From the NCBI RefSeq assembly GCF_964355755.1, contig NC_092670.1, forward strand, positions 21,500,795 through 21,564,794: DNA of 64,000 bases. Reading direction: 5' to 3'. Below the pieces are notes generated by a model. The model did not search any database. It worked only from the letters and a program-made list of their open reading frames with translations, and had not been told where the DNA came from. Both the position numbers and the translations under genes were made by a program. The DNA is from Antedon mediterranea. Lineage: Eukaryota > Animalia > Echinodermata. Below, piece by piece: positions 22,940-37,763 of the stretch (position 1 is the first letter of the stretch; every line of letters begins with the position of its first letter).

Positions 22940-25900
22940 CTATTTCTTTACTATTTGTATGACATCCTCGTGCTTCATTGTATGTAATAAGCCAACTCTT
23001 TGTGGATTGTATTTAACACTTGTACCCTGAAAAAAAAAAGAAAAGATGATAATTACAGAATTAAAAACACACACAAGACAGACATGCAGAAAAATATTGT
23101 GATTTAAAGCAACTGAAAGAAGAAAGACTTACCCATACTAATGAGTATTTAAATGAACTTGCAATACTTCTATGAATTGCATGACACTGAAAATAAACAA
23201 ACTGTATTATAGATACAGTAAAACCTCTAGTAGGCACAAACACGAATTCAGCCAACATCTTATTCTAAAGCTCTGTCTCCACTATCAAACTTTATGTGAC
23301 AACAAAATGTGATGTGCCCATATATGGACATATCACTCATATATTTGGGTACAGCACATTTTTTGGTCAAACTAGTTTAACAGTGTAGACAGAGTTGTAA
23401 CTTTGTAACTACTAAAAGTAGCTTTGCATCAGGGTGTTGAGTAATTTGTCAGATGTTTTGCCCTACTTGGATTTGTAGACAGAGCTAAAGGCTTTTAAGC
23501 TCCTTGAGTGTTTTTTTTTACAGGGGGTTCATTTTCAAAGGGGAAAACATTGTCATGAGGCTAGTTAGGCTTATTTTAATACCATACTTTTACTGCTGAC
23601 CTCTAGTTTGAAAAGGTCACTTCAGGAAAAAGGGAGGTTCGTTGCTTTAAACCAGCTTAAAAGTGTCTTCATAACCAACTATTGTACAACCTGCTTCAAG
23701 TATGATCATCTACCCTTAGCTTTAAATCTAGTGTTCTTACCACATGTTCTACAGAACAGTCTCTTCTCATTATAATACCATCTTGAAAATCTGGTTGCTC
23801 TGTGGAAACAAACAAAATCTTGTCATACACAAATACACCATTTATATCCAATAGCTGGTGTGTTTTATATTAGATCATTCTGTGCTTATTTCTGACAGAG
23901 TTCAAACTTAGCACCTAAAGGGATTGTACAGCCATGGAGTAAAGGGATAGCAAATCACAGTGTAATTCCAAACATTTAACTTTAAAATGACGCCCTCAAT
24001 CACTAAAGTTATCGAATCCAATTCAATAAACCAGTTCAAGTTTCTGCTTTCCCCATACAAGAATGGAGTGATAGAACTTTACAGATGGAACGCAAGCTAT
24101 GGCTTTACAAGTCTCAACATCAAGGTAAATCAATCATGCATATCAAAAATATTATTGATAGTTAATACTATACCTCCTCTCCTCTTTGTGTACACACATA
24201 TAAGACCTAAATACTCCCATAATTTTTCTAAGAAGTAGTCGAGATTTAACTTGAGTTCACAGCTTATGACGATGCAGTGAGGCTGGTGGGCTATTCTATC
24301 AACTTCTTCAATTGAGATTTGATCAATTTTATTGTATACCTGAAAATAATTTACAGTTTTATCAGAAAATTGCAGTCAAAGAGCAGATAGTACCAAGTGC
24401 TGGTAGTAATGGTTTTGACAGGAGGGGTGATAATGGTATTTGTATCGTCGATAATGATGATGAAAATGAAATGTAAAGCCATTGGTCCTGTGTATATATA
24501 TATATATAGAGTGCATGTTTAAGAACTTCTGGTAGGCACTACACTGCTGGCTGCTGTGGGTCTGTGGAGGACCTAATCCGGGTCTGTGAAGGACCTAATC
24601 CGGGTCTGTGGAGGACCTAATCCGGGTCTGTGGAGGACCTAATCCGGGTCTGTGGAGGACCTAATCCGGGTCTGTGGAGGACCTAATCCGGGTCTGTGGA
24701 GGACCTAATCCGGGTCTGTGGAGGACCTAATCCGAGTTTCCAGTAAAGCTTGAAGATCAAGAATAAATACATTTGCATTTTAGTTATTCTGTAACTTGAC
24801 TTACATATAAGCATGGAAGGTAGACACGATTATCAGAGATAACATCTATGAAATCATCTGCACTGCAATCTTCACGAAACAATACTTCTGCATTGAATAT
24901 TTCTAAACGAAAATGTTAAGGGCGATATATATGAACTATGTCATCTGACAGTGCTCTAACCTATTGGTATGAGGTTAAAGTTCAAATCATATGCGACTCA
25001 CTTGGTTTCTTGCAGGTGTATACATTGGTACTGGGAGCAACCTGCTATGTATAAACAGAAATGGTGTGGGGGCGGTGAACAAGGACATATTTTCAAAAGC
25101 TGGTTTAGTGGGGGATTTGCATAGAATTTATAACACTAAACAAATGTATTTTTAAAGGATACTGTATTCATGTAGAATTGTCTGTATTAGTTTCTCATTA
25201 CACATGGTCAGAGCACACGTTGAATTGAAGGATAGTCCGCCACCTTTCTTGGGCTGTCCAGAAAATTTAAAATAATAAATAAAAAATCCATTAAACACTA
25301 ACTAGACAAATAAGTTATCTGTAGTCAAACATACTTTTTTTAAAAAGAATATTATGATTACCTTAAAATAAATATTAGGTCTTGGTTTGTTGAGTCGGAG
25401 ACCAACACTTTCCAGCTCTTTTTCTAAAAGTTTCCTGTCAACAAATTTTTTTTGGAAAAGAAATAGAGTGATGAGAATAAATGCTATAGTTCCAGTACTG
25501 TATACTGTACAGGTAATATAAGTTATATTGCTGATTGGTTCAATTAACATTAACATTTCAGCAGACATCTATCAGCAAATAAACCTTGTTGTTGATATTA
25601 AGGTATTATTGGAAGCCAAGTATGACAAGTTGGAGGGCCTCTAGATTACAGGATTGTCCAATAATTGAATGGGAAAGCACTACTGTGGTTAAAATAGACA
25701 GCATTTATAACTATTAAAAAAAATTTAAACTAACTTTTGGATATCTCCTTTGGTGGCATCTAGCATCATAACAACCATGTCTGCTGTCCTAGCAACTGCT
25801 ATCACTTGTCGACCACGCCCTTTACCTAATGGTAAGAATAAAGTGCATAATAAAAGTGTTCTTCATTGATTTTTATGGTAGCTAGACGATTCGGCCCTGG

Positions 25901-28900
25901 GACAGGATTTGATTTTTACAAGATGGGTTAGACAGGGTTAGTACTTAGCCATCATTAAGTCTTCCCATTTTTTTTCATTTATAAATATATAACTATAATA
26001 AATATTCTATAATACGCGATTTGCCATTTACCTTGAGAAGCGCCCTCTATGATTCCCGGTAGATCAAGTAGTTGAATATTAGCACCGTTATACTGTAAAT
26101 ATAGATAATAATTTCCTTATTTTATTCCATTTTAGCATAGAAGGCACTATTAATAAATACTGGATTAGTAGTAATTTCAGTAAAATAATAACTTACATCT
26201 ATTACACCAGGGATGCATGTTAATGTGGTAAACTCATAGGAAGCTGATTCACTGTGAGTCTTAGTGACCGTATTCAGTAGTGTAGACTAGATAAAGATAT
26301 AAAAAAAGCCAAATGTATCAGGATTTCACTGTACTGTATTTGTATACAAAGAAATACATAAAATAAAAAACACTATACAATGTGATCGTACCTTTCCAAC
26401 TGATGGAAAGCCAATGAGTGCAACTCTGGCATCCCCAGATTTCATGACATCGAAACCTTCACCCTGAAAAGAAATAAAAATTAAATTTTAATATTAATAT
26501 TAATAATGAGTAATAATAACGCCGTGGCTAAAGATACGGTACCGTATTCTAACTTCTGTTTACTAAAGGTACGGTAAAATTGCATTACGTCATAACCAGC
26601 CAATGGGGTGCTGGTACGTGTGTGACGTCATCGTATAAGGACTTTGTGGATTTTTTTCATATCGCGAAAACAGTGATCAACCGCATTTTCTTTATGCTTC
26701 ATTCATCTCTATTATCGCCGTCGTGTGTGAAAAAAACTAAATGTAGCCTACGTCTGTTATTATTATTGAAAAGCCAAAACATTGATTTTAATTCTAGAAT
26801 ACAGAAAACCGTTTCAACAGAGGCCTAGGCCTACTTACTACGTACTATAACCTCATGAGTTTGTTTGTGTAGGGAAAGCGATGCCAGGCTGGAGCCAGCT
26901 GCATGTGTGCGCTGATTTCTGTTACTCGTCAGCCCTGGGGCTACTGTCTAAATCATAGTATTTGAGGGCCCCTTTATTGTCCGCATTTGCTTGTTGTTTA
27001 TGGTCACCATTGTAAACAAAGTTTAATAAAAAATTATTATAGGCCTAAATAGGCCATTTGGAATAAAAATAAAACCCTCATCTGCAGCGCACACACATCC
27101 ACGCAGCCTGGCGCCGCCGATAGGAATTCTCTACATATACAACCGACGCGATATGAAAAAAAGTCCTTATACGATGCTGTCACACACGTACCAGCACTCC
27201 ATTGGCTGATTATGACGTAATGCAATTTTACCGTACCTTTAGTAAACAGAAGTTAGAATACGGTACCGTATCTTTAGCCACGGCGTAATAATAATATTGT
27301 CATAAATAAGTAACTGATCCATAACCCTCAAATGCTGCGAGAGGATAGGTGTAGATAGTAGTACTCACTTTGGCAGAAGTTTTTCCTTGCGGTTCCATCA
27401 ATTGTGTTCTGTACTTTGCAAGTTTAGCTTTTAATAAACCAAGATGATATTCGGTTGCTAGAAAAATAAATTTGTAATGTTTGACTTTTTGTTATATTAA
27501 ATTACCATTTAATTTTAATAATTATTATTTTGGCGCTAATGCAGTTTCGTACCCACCCCTTAAAATTACTCAAAATCTTCATCCAACCTACTCACGAGTT
27601 GTCTACAACATTCTGCAATCATAAAATTGTAAAAAATCGATAATTTTTTATTTAAAACTATTTTTAATCAATTAATACTGAGCACCCTTCGGAAATACAT
27701 CGCCAGCTTAGCTTCCCGAAAATCATCGCTAGGCCTGCCGATAAAAGTACGGAGGCCTCACAGGACATTAACTCTATAGAGTAAACAGTTGCGTTCTATA
27801 GAGGGCGTAGTTACTAACGTTTAAAGCACGCACCAAATAATTATAATTTTCATTATTTCCGACATGCGTTTCGTATTTTTAATAAAGAAAAGAAATACTA
27901 TACAATTGCTGTATTCATCATTGTGGGTATCATCATAATTATGTTATGTTTTTAATTTGTTCTTTCATTTTACTAGTAGAATTTCACACAGAAAAGAAGA
28001 TAAATATGGAACTGCTGACTCTTGAAGATATAAGTAGGCCTACTGACCAATTTTCCTCTGTTTTAGTTAATTTTACATTATGGTTTGTAGGTCAAATAAA
28101 TAAATGAAATGAATAAAAAGAATTAAAAAACAGAAAGATATAATTTATTGAAATGTAATGTACAGTAACACAATAATTATAATAAAAATGTTTTCCATCA
28201 ATTACTAGAATTTATTTTACTTCTGCTGACACTGAATACATCATTTCATGTCTATTCATTAATTTATTTCAACAATATTGTATGAGGGTGGTCCATCCAG
28301 CCGAAGCTGATCATTAGGGACCCTTACAAAAAATATAATTTGACAAGACAATAACACACAACATTCAAAATAAATAGAATTCAACATAATTAAACACAAA
28401 ATATTTCTTTATGAAAAAAACTTAAAATCCGTTTCACGAGGAACATGTAAAAAATATTTTATTATCGCCATAATATGATCATATAACAGCGTCCTCTATA
28501 GATCGATGCCCTATGAGGCCTCCGTACTTTCATCGGCAGGCCTAGCGATGATTTTCGCGAAGCTAAGCTGGCGATGGATTTCTGAAGGGTGCTCAATTAT
28601 TAATTGATTAAAAATAGTTATAAATAAGAATTTATCGATATTTTACCATTTTATGCTTGCTGAATGCTGTAGACAACTCGTGAGTAGGCTAGATGAAGTA
28701 TTGAAATCATTTTGAGTAATTTTAAGGGGTGGGTACGAAACTGCATTAGCGCCATTATTTTTTGGTGATTTCATAATATAATCAATCTAGGCCTATATAT
28801 AAATTAATAATAGTATGCTAGTCAAATCTAGTAAAGTCTAGTGGCGTCTTCACCATACCATCATACAAATTATACATTTAAAAAGTTCTAGGCCTAGGCC

Positions 28901-29097
28901 TCACAGTCCCTGAGTTGGGATGGCCGCGTGCTAGATGCGAGTGGAATGCACCACCACCGGCATAATTCCAGGCAGGCAGCAGCAGACAGAGGGCCTAGCT
29001 CTTTGATATGGAAACACAATAAAAACACATTACCTTTATTCTTTTGAGTTCGTGCAATCTCCGCCTCAACTTGCGCTATCTTTTCTAAGATCCCCAT
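22940..29097 (-). CDS. DRG2: Developmentally regulated GTP-binding protein 2, 13 exons
   Basis: [120 protein letters not shown]. Ends [10 protein letters not shown]. Confidence 0.96.
24559..24735. repeat. 22-bp tandem repeat x8 (GGTCTGTGGAGGACCTAATCCG)
   Basis: Period 22 and nearly perfect; lies in a DRG2 intron. Confidence 0.95.
24903..25162 (-). other. U12-type (minor spliceosome) GT-AG intron in DRG2
   Basis: 5' splice site GTATCCTTT. Branch-like CCCTTAAC about 12 nt before the AG, with no long pyrimidine tract. Splicing restores HEY-K-IFN. Confidence 0.9.
26520..27285. mobile_element. Non-autonomous foldback DNA transposon, probably PIF/Harbinger (TAA target)
   Basis: ~125-bp TIR CGCCGTGGCTAAAGATACGGTACCGTATTC..., flanked by TAA on both sides within a (TAA)n run. 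DRG2 intron 2. Confidence 0.85.
27532..28753. mobile_element. Mutator-like non-autonomous element with ~250-bp TIRs
   Basis: TIR starts GGCGCTAATGCAGTTTCGTACCCACCCC. ATTATTTT is duplicated on both flanks. AT-rich noncoding interior. DRG2 intron 1. Confidence 0.85.
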
Positions 29098-29505
29098 TTT
29101 GTAAAAATATATTTAAAACTGGAAATACCAGGTAAAAATATAATAGAAAAACAACACACGTTGAATTTTGAGATCGACGCGAAAGAGAAAAAATAACCAC
29201 GAATTTTTACATGGTATGAAACGCCTAAGTCGCCTTTTATTACTGAATTAACAGACTAATCGTCAGTGTTCATTTTCCATAATTATTTTACAGCAGTACC
29301 CCTATCAAAAATCTATATCTTCAATCATAGATAGTTATAATATCTAAACTTCATTTAAATGTTTTATTTTTAATGTTTATTCAAATTCCACACATAACCT
29401 GCATTTATTATGCATATAATCATTGTATATGCATGCAGCCAACAGCCAAGATACTGCAGTAACATCAGTAATTTAGACAACCTACTATATATTATAATAT
29501 AGATA

Positions 29506-31361
29506 TTAATGTTTCATCCACGGGTCTGGGAGTTGTAGACCTTCTTTTGCCTCAAAAAACGTATAGGACAAAGTAATCCTGTCAACATTTGCCATTCTAG
29601 GATCTTCAGCAAACTCAGGATCAATGTAGAAAAATACTGGCATATCAACCTAGGACAAAAGAAAAGAGAATTGATTCAATGAATTTTTAAGATCCTTGTC
29701 TGCCAGCCCAAACCATAGAAGAAACAGAGTGGGGGCAGATTAAAGGAATGTACTTATACAAATGCAGTTAATTAAAAAACAAATCTACAAAAATAAACTG
29801 TAACAATTACCTGTTCGTGTGGATTTAATCTTTGTTCTTCAAAACAGAAGCATTGTATTTTATTGAAGTATTGGCCTGCATCAAATGGTACAACGTTGTA
29901 GGTTGAGATACCTACAATTGGCTTGTCTGTTGGGTTAACTGCTGAGTAAAACGCAAGGGCTGTTTCACCTGGGTAAACCTAGAAAACATATAAAAATTGT
30001 CACAGATAAATTAACTGTGTTATGTTATATATGAATATTATGAAATAACAATAGCTGTAGATGTAACACATGGTTAACATGGTTGTAACTCAATAATCTT
30101 TCAACTCCACTCCCTAGGCCTCAAATGAGTTCATAAGCACGATAAATTATAGTTTATCCATCCTGTAATTGGGTGAGTTTGTGCTCTCTGTTGGATGCAT
30201 ATGAAATTTTTAAAAATAAAAAAAAATGTACTATTTATTATTAGTATTGAAATGAGAAAAAATGTATTGTTCTACCTAGAAAGTTTTAATATAATATATT
30301 ATCTGAAAATTCGAAAAACAAAACAAATTTGTTGCCACTGAAGTTCTCTGCAACAAACATAGCACCTGAAATAGTTACCTTAACCTCTGGTTGTTGAGGG
30401 CGGAAATTCCATCTCATACTTGCAGCAGTGTCTGCATTAAACTTTATGAGAAGTTGTCTGTTTTTAATGACTGTCATTGATTCAACTTTCTCCGTGTCGT
30501 GACCTTTGGTTGCTTGACCACCAAGTCCAGTAGCCTATAAATACAAATTTAATTTCTTGAAATGAAAACATATGTAAATAGATAATATTATTGATTTTAA
30601 AGTTTAATTTAATATTATATAAATAAAGTTTGAGTTTTTATATAGGTTTCTAAGCAAGTGCAGAATATCTTCTAGACATGATAGCTGTGTACTCATAAAA
30701 TAAAATATCCAATTAAAAAATTGGTAAATAGTTTATATCATTCATAAGTTTGAGTTCAGTTTAAAATAATAGAAGATAAAAAATAAAGGTTTCTAGGCAA
30801 ATGCAGAATGTCTTTTAGACTCGATAGCTGTGTACACATCAATAATAAACAAATTTCCATTACCTGGCAGAATACAGCATAAAGTGGAACAGCAGCATAG
30901 GACAGACCTCCAACCAGTATAGTTGCAGCCAACACGTACAACACAACCGTTTTATTCTTTTTCGAAGCTCTAGCACTTTTATGCGACCTCCACCTATATG
31001 TCCATTCTAGAGGCCTTGTATAAAATTTATTTCTTAATAAAGTCCTTTTTTGATAGCTTATTATTGAAAATAGTTTAACATTATTTGAAGTCAAATATCT
31101 TTGCTGTTGTAGTCTTTCTATAAAATCTGTTCTAAAAAATGATGAAAAACTGTGTGGTAGAGATTTACTAATTTGCTTATTGGCAGTTTTAACTGAATAA
31201 ACATTTATATTTTGATATTGTGTTTTTGAATGTTTGATTAATAAACAATTGCTCTTGTTGTAGTTAGCATGTTTCCATGTTGATGGTATACATCGTTGTA
31301 GCAGCAAATGCTTTTGACAAGATTTTAGTAGTAGATTTGAGATTTGTCCAAAGATGGTCAT
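29506..31361 (-). CDS. COX11: Cytochrome c oxidase copper chaperone COX11, 4 coding exons
   Basis: Exons ~31361-30864, 30534-30378, 29978-29811 and 29650-29506. GLSYAAVPLYAVFCQATGLGG, WNFRPQQ, GETALAFY, YFNKIQCFCFEEQ, VDMPVFFYIDPEF. Probable 5'UTR exon with a donor near 31792. Confidence 0.95.
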
Positions 31362-31859
31362 CTCAAATGTTGAATGAAATCTGAAAAGGAACAAATCATT
31401 TTGCAAAGTACAAAAATCAATTTAAATCAATACTCGGCCTACTATACTACTAGTAATAGTACTACTAACTTTAAATAAATATAAACAATTTTTAATATTA
31501 GTAATGATAAATGTTACTGCTATAGGCCCGGCCCTAATTAATAAGCAAGCATGATGACGTCACCGTTCATCCACACACATTCATTCCTCGCCAACAATTC
31601 GGAGTGGCGCTTCTGTGCATGCAGACCACCACCACACCGTAAACGTACTACCTGCTGCTAGCCAGCCTAGGCCTAGCATATAGTAGAGGCTTGAAAACGC
31701 TCGTTTATAGTAACACAATTATTCAAGCACCACAGAATAGTTAAAAGAAACATTTATTAATTAAAATATATTCAAATTATTCATTAAAATACCTTTTAAA
31801 TTGTGATATTTAATTTTTAAAAAGTTAGGCCTAGGCTGGACTGCCCATTTTTTCACATG

Positions 31860-32100
31860 TCAATACTGTATTGTAATTCTCCTAATTCGTGAACACATTT
31901 TCTGCGTGTAACTGTTTTGTGAACGCGTCATAAATTATAATGCGTTGAATTGTTTCTGTTATTTTATGCTTAACGTTTATGTATGTAACAGAGGTACGAC
32001 GTTTCGGAGTTGTTGACAACGCAACAAGCGTCAAAACGCTAAACTATTCTTTTGGGAAATTTTGCAGTGTTACGTTCTTGTCGACTGGATAGCATCTGCT
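31860..32100. promoter_or_regulatory. Bidirectional promoter COX11/PDAP1
   Basis: Divergent first exons within ~300 bp; locally CpG-retaining. Confidence 0.7.
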
Positions 32101-32153
32101 TACATATTAATTGAGAAAAATATATTTTTTAGATAACTATCTTAAATTTCAAC

Positions 32154-33861
32154 ATGCCTAGAGGAGGAAGAGGTATGTTGTGTTTCCATTAAGTCACGGT
32201 AGCATAATATTATAATAGTTTTTTAAAGTATGAAGACTCGTAAATGCTAGGCCCACCCACCACACCATGCATGTGGGCCTCCTCCTAAGCTAAAGCCTAT
32301 CCCATTTGTCTGCTGGCAACAACAAGTCCCGACGGCTACAACAGGAAACGTGGGAAGATTACAGTATATGGTGCAACATTTTGAGTGTAGGCCTAGCCCA
32401 ACAAATGATTATTTAATGTAATCGTTTTGTATTTCGTGTCTGAAAGTAAACGAGTTGATATTAAGTAATTTGTTTGCATGCAGGATTTATTTAATTATTA
32501 AATTAATATAAATAATTAATAAATATGTGTGAATCAGATAAAATATAACTCCTTTCTTTCTTATTACTTCACACCATTGTTTGATTTCAGGAGGAAAACC
32601 TAAACACAAGGGTCGTGGAAGGACATTCCACAATCCGGAAGAAATTGATGCCCAGATGAAAGATGATACAAATGCATGGAGGGTTTGTATTTGGAATAAA
32701 TATATCCTAAAATGATATGTCATTGGTATAACACCACCATCATTCACCATTGGTGGTTATGATGCTTGGCTACCAATCTAAGGGTCCTGGGTTCAAGTCC
32801 TGTCATATGTTAGGGTTTTTTTCTCATGACAATTTACAACTCTTGTCTTGTGAATGGGATTGCCACCTTTGAGAAGGATAGTGAAAGAATTCACTTGTGG
32901 TAATCCTTGGCAGTTTGCCTAAAATGAGAATAAAAAATAAAAAAATATGACTATATCTTTCTTTTTTAGCAAAAGAATCGAGACATGCCACCAAGTTCAT
33001 CATCGTCAGAAGAAAGCTCAGATGATGAGGATAGAGTAAGATCAAATTTGTTTTTTAAAACAAAAGTTTGTTCAATTAATTGAAATTAACTTGCTTAATT
33101 TAAATAACTTGATAATATGTCTCTTTTTTTCAGCCAACAAAAGGTATAGAAGGTCTTATACAAATAGAAAATCCAAACAGAGTCCAAAATAAAATGAAAA
33201 AGGCATCAAATTTAAATGTAGAAACCGCTACATCAGGAACCCAAAATTTGTCAAGGAGGGAAAGGTATGTAATGCTGTAGTTAATGTGATAATGGCTGAA
33301 AACATGATAGTCATATCTACTCTGTATACAGTATTTATTATAAACAATGTCATGTCATTTAATAACAGGGAAGAAATTGCAAAACAGGAGGCCCATCAAC
33401 GATATTTGAAACTTCATGCAGAAGGAAAAACAGATGAAGCGAAGGCAGATATGGCACGACTACAAATTATACGAAAACAACGCGAAGATGCTGCCAAGAA
33501 AAGGGATGAGGAGAAGAAAGGTAAAGTGGTAACAGATAAAAAAGCATTACAAAATAAACACATCTTTCTAAAAGTAAAAGAGTTGGGTTTACACACAGTT
33601 TTTAAATTAAAGAATAGGAGGCTTGCATTCTCTGTGAGAAAAAAAACAAAACCTACAATATCAATCTGTTACAACAACAAAATGTGATGTGCCCATATAT
33701 GGACATGATGATGTCATACCACTACCATATTTAGGTTCATCACACTTTTCAAACTAGTTTGATAGTGTAGACGGAGCTTAACAAAACTTTTATTTATGTT
33801 TTTCTTTTTTTCAGCAAAAGATGATGCAGCAAAAGCAAAATCTCAAGCAAGAAAGAAATGA
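32154..33861 (+). CDS. PDAP1: 28-kDa heat- and acid-stable phosphoprotein (PDGFA-associated protein 1), 168 aa
   Basis: Exons 32154-32172, 32591-32682, 32970-33035, 33134-33264, 33369-33520 and 33815-33861 total 507 nt. [50 protein letters not shown]. Confidence 0.95.
32745..32900 (+). mobile_element. Degenerate tRNA-derived SINE fragment
   Basis: A-box-like TGGTGGTTATG and B-box-like GGGTTCAAGTCC. Similar decayed heads near 160-215 and 5140-5200. Confidence 0.5.
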
Positions 33862-34986
33862 TAAATGTAAAACAGCAGTAAAATGAATTAAGCTTATTCC
33901 AGGCACGATGAAGACAAGAGCTGTCATTTCCAGTTGCTTGAAATAAACTCTTAAATTACATTAAATCATTTTCTAAAAAAAAACTTTGAAAAGAAAGCTT
34001 TAAAAATCCAAACAGAAAAAACTAAAGAGCATACATATTATTATTAATATTCATTTCTGTAGACGTATTGCATTAATGCCCCAATAGATAGTTACCAGCT
34101 GCTAGGACATACAAACTTTGTCCAACATATTTGATTGATATGATTGGCATTGTTTAAACAATCACGACAGGATTCGAACACAGGACCCTGTGGCTGTATT
34201 ATATAATATTGAAACATTCTCGTATCTAACAGAATACCACTTAAGGAAAATCATTAAATATTTGTTTACTGAAATTTGGTAGGAAATCATTTACAACTTA
34301 TTACAGTAGTAAGATCATATCTGCCATTGTATATCATTTGGAAGAATCTATATAAAGGATTTTAATTACAAAAAATTTGTTTTGGTAATTATAGATAGTG
34401 GATGCAATATGGGTGCTACAAAGTAAATGATATTCACTACGTCCATTCTTACCAGTTTTAGAATAATGATGAACTAAATATTAACAATGGTTTTTAATTT
34501 GATTAAATGTAATAGTAATTATTTTTTTTTTTTGCAAATCTTTATTAGTTATATTCTGATTTACAAATAGTATGCCAGTACAGTGTAATCTCTAAGGGCA
34601 CTTTCATGACCCAATAAAGCATTCAAATAGGTATTTGCTATTGTGTCAATTTGTTTAAATACAAATTCATGGTGAACAATAGAGAAGTATGATTTTTAGG
34701 AGTACTGCAAAACTTGCTCTAACAACAATGCATTGCACAACCTTAGACCATGATTACCAGTATATCCATGATTACAAAACAAAAATACGCTCAATTATCT
34801 TTGTAATTTTATTCATTCAGAGAAATAGATATAATAAAATTTTCCATTGTGTTAGTATATCATGAATAAACATAGAGGCAGTAGAATTGAGTGGGTTGGT
34901 CACTAGCACACCCGTAAGTGCTAGTAGAGAATTGTGTAACTGAATCATGCCATCTTGTTTGTTAAAATAATGTCCAACCAAAGTTC

Positions 34987-37763
<2,777 letters not shown>

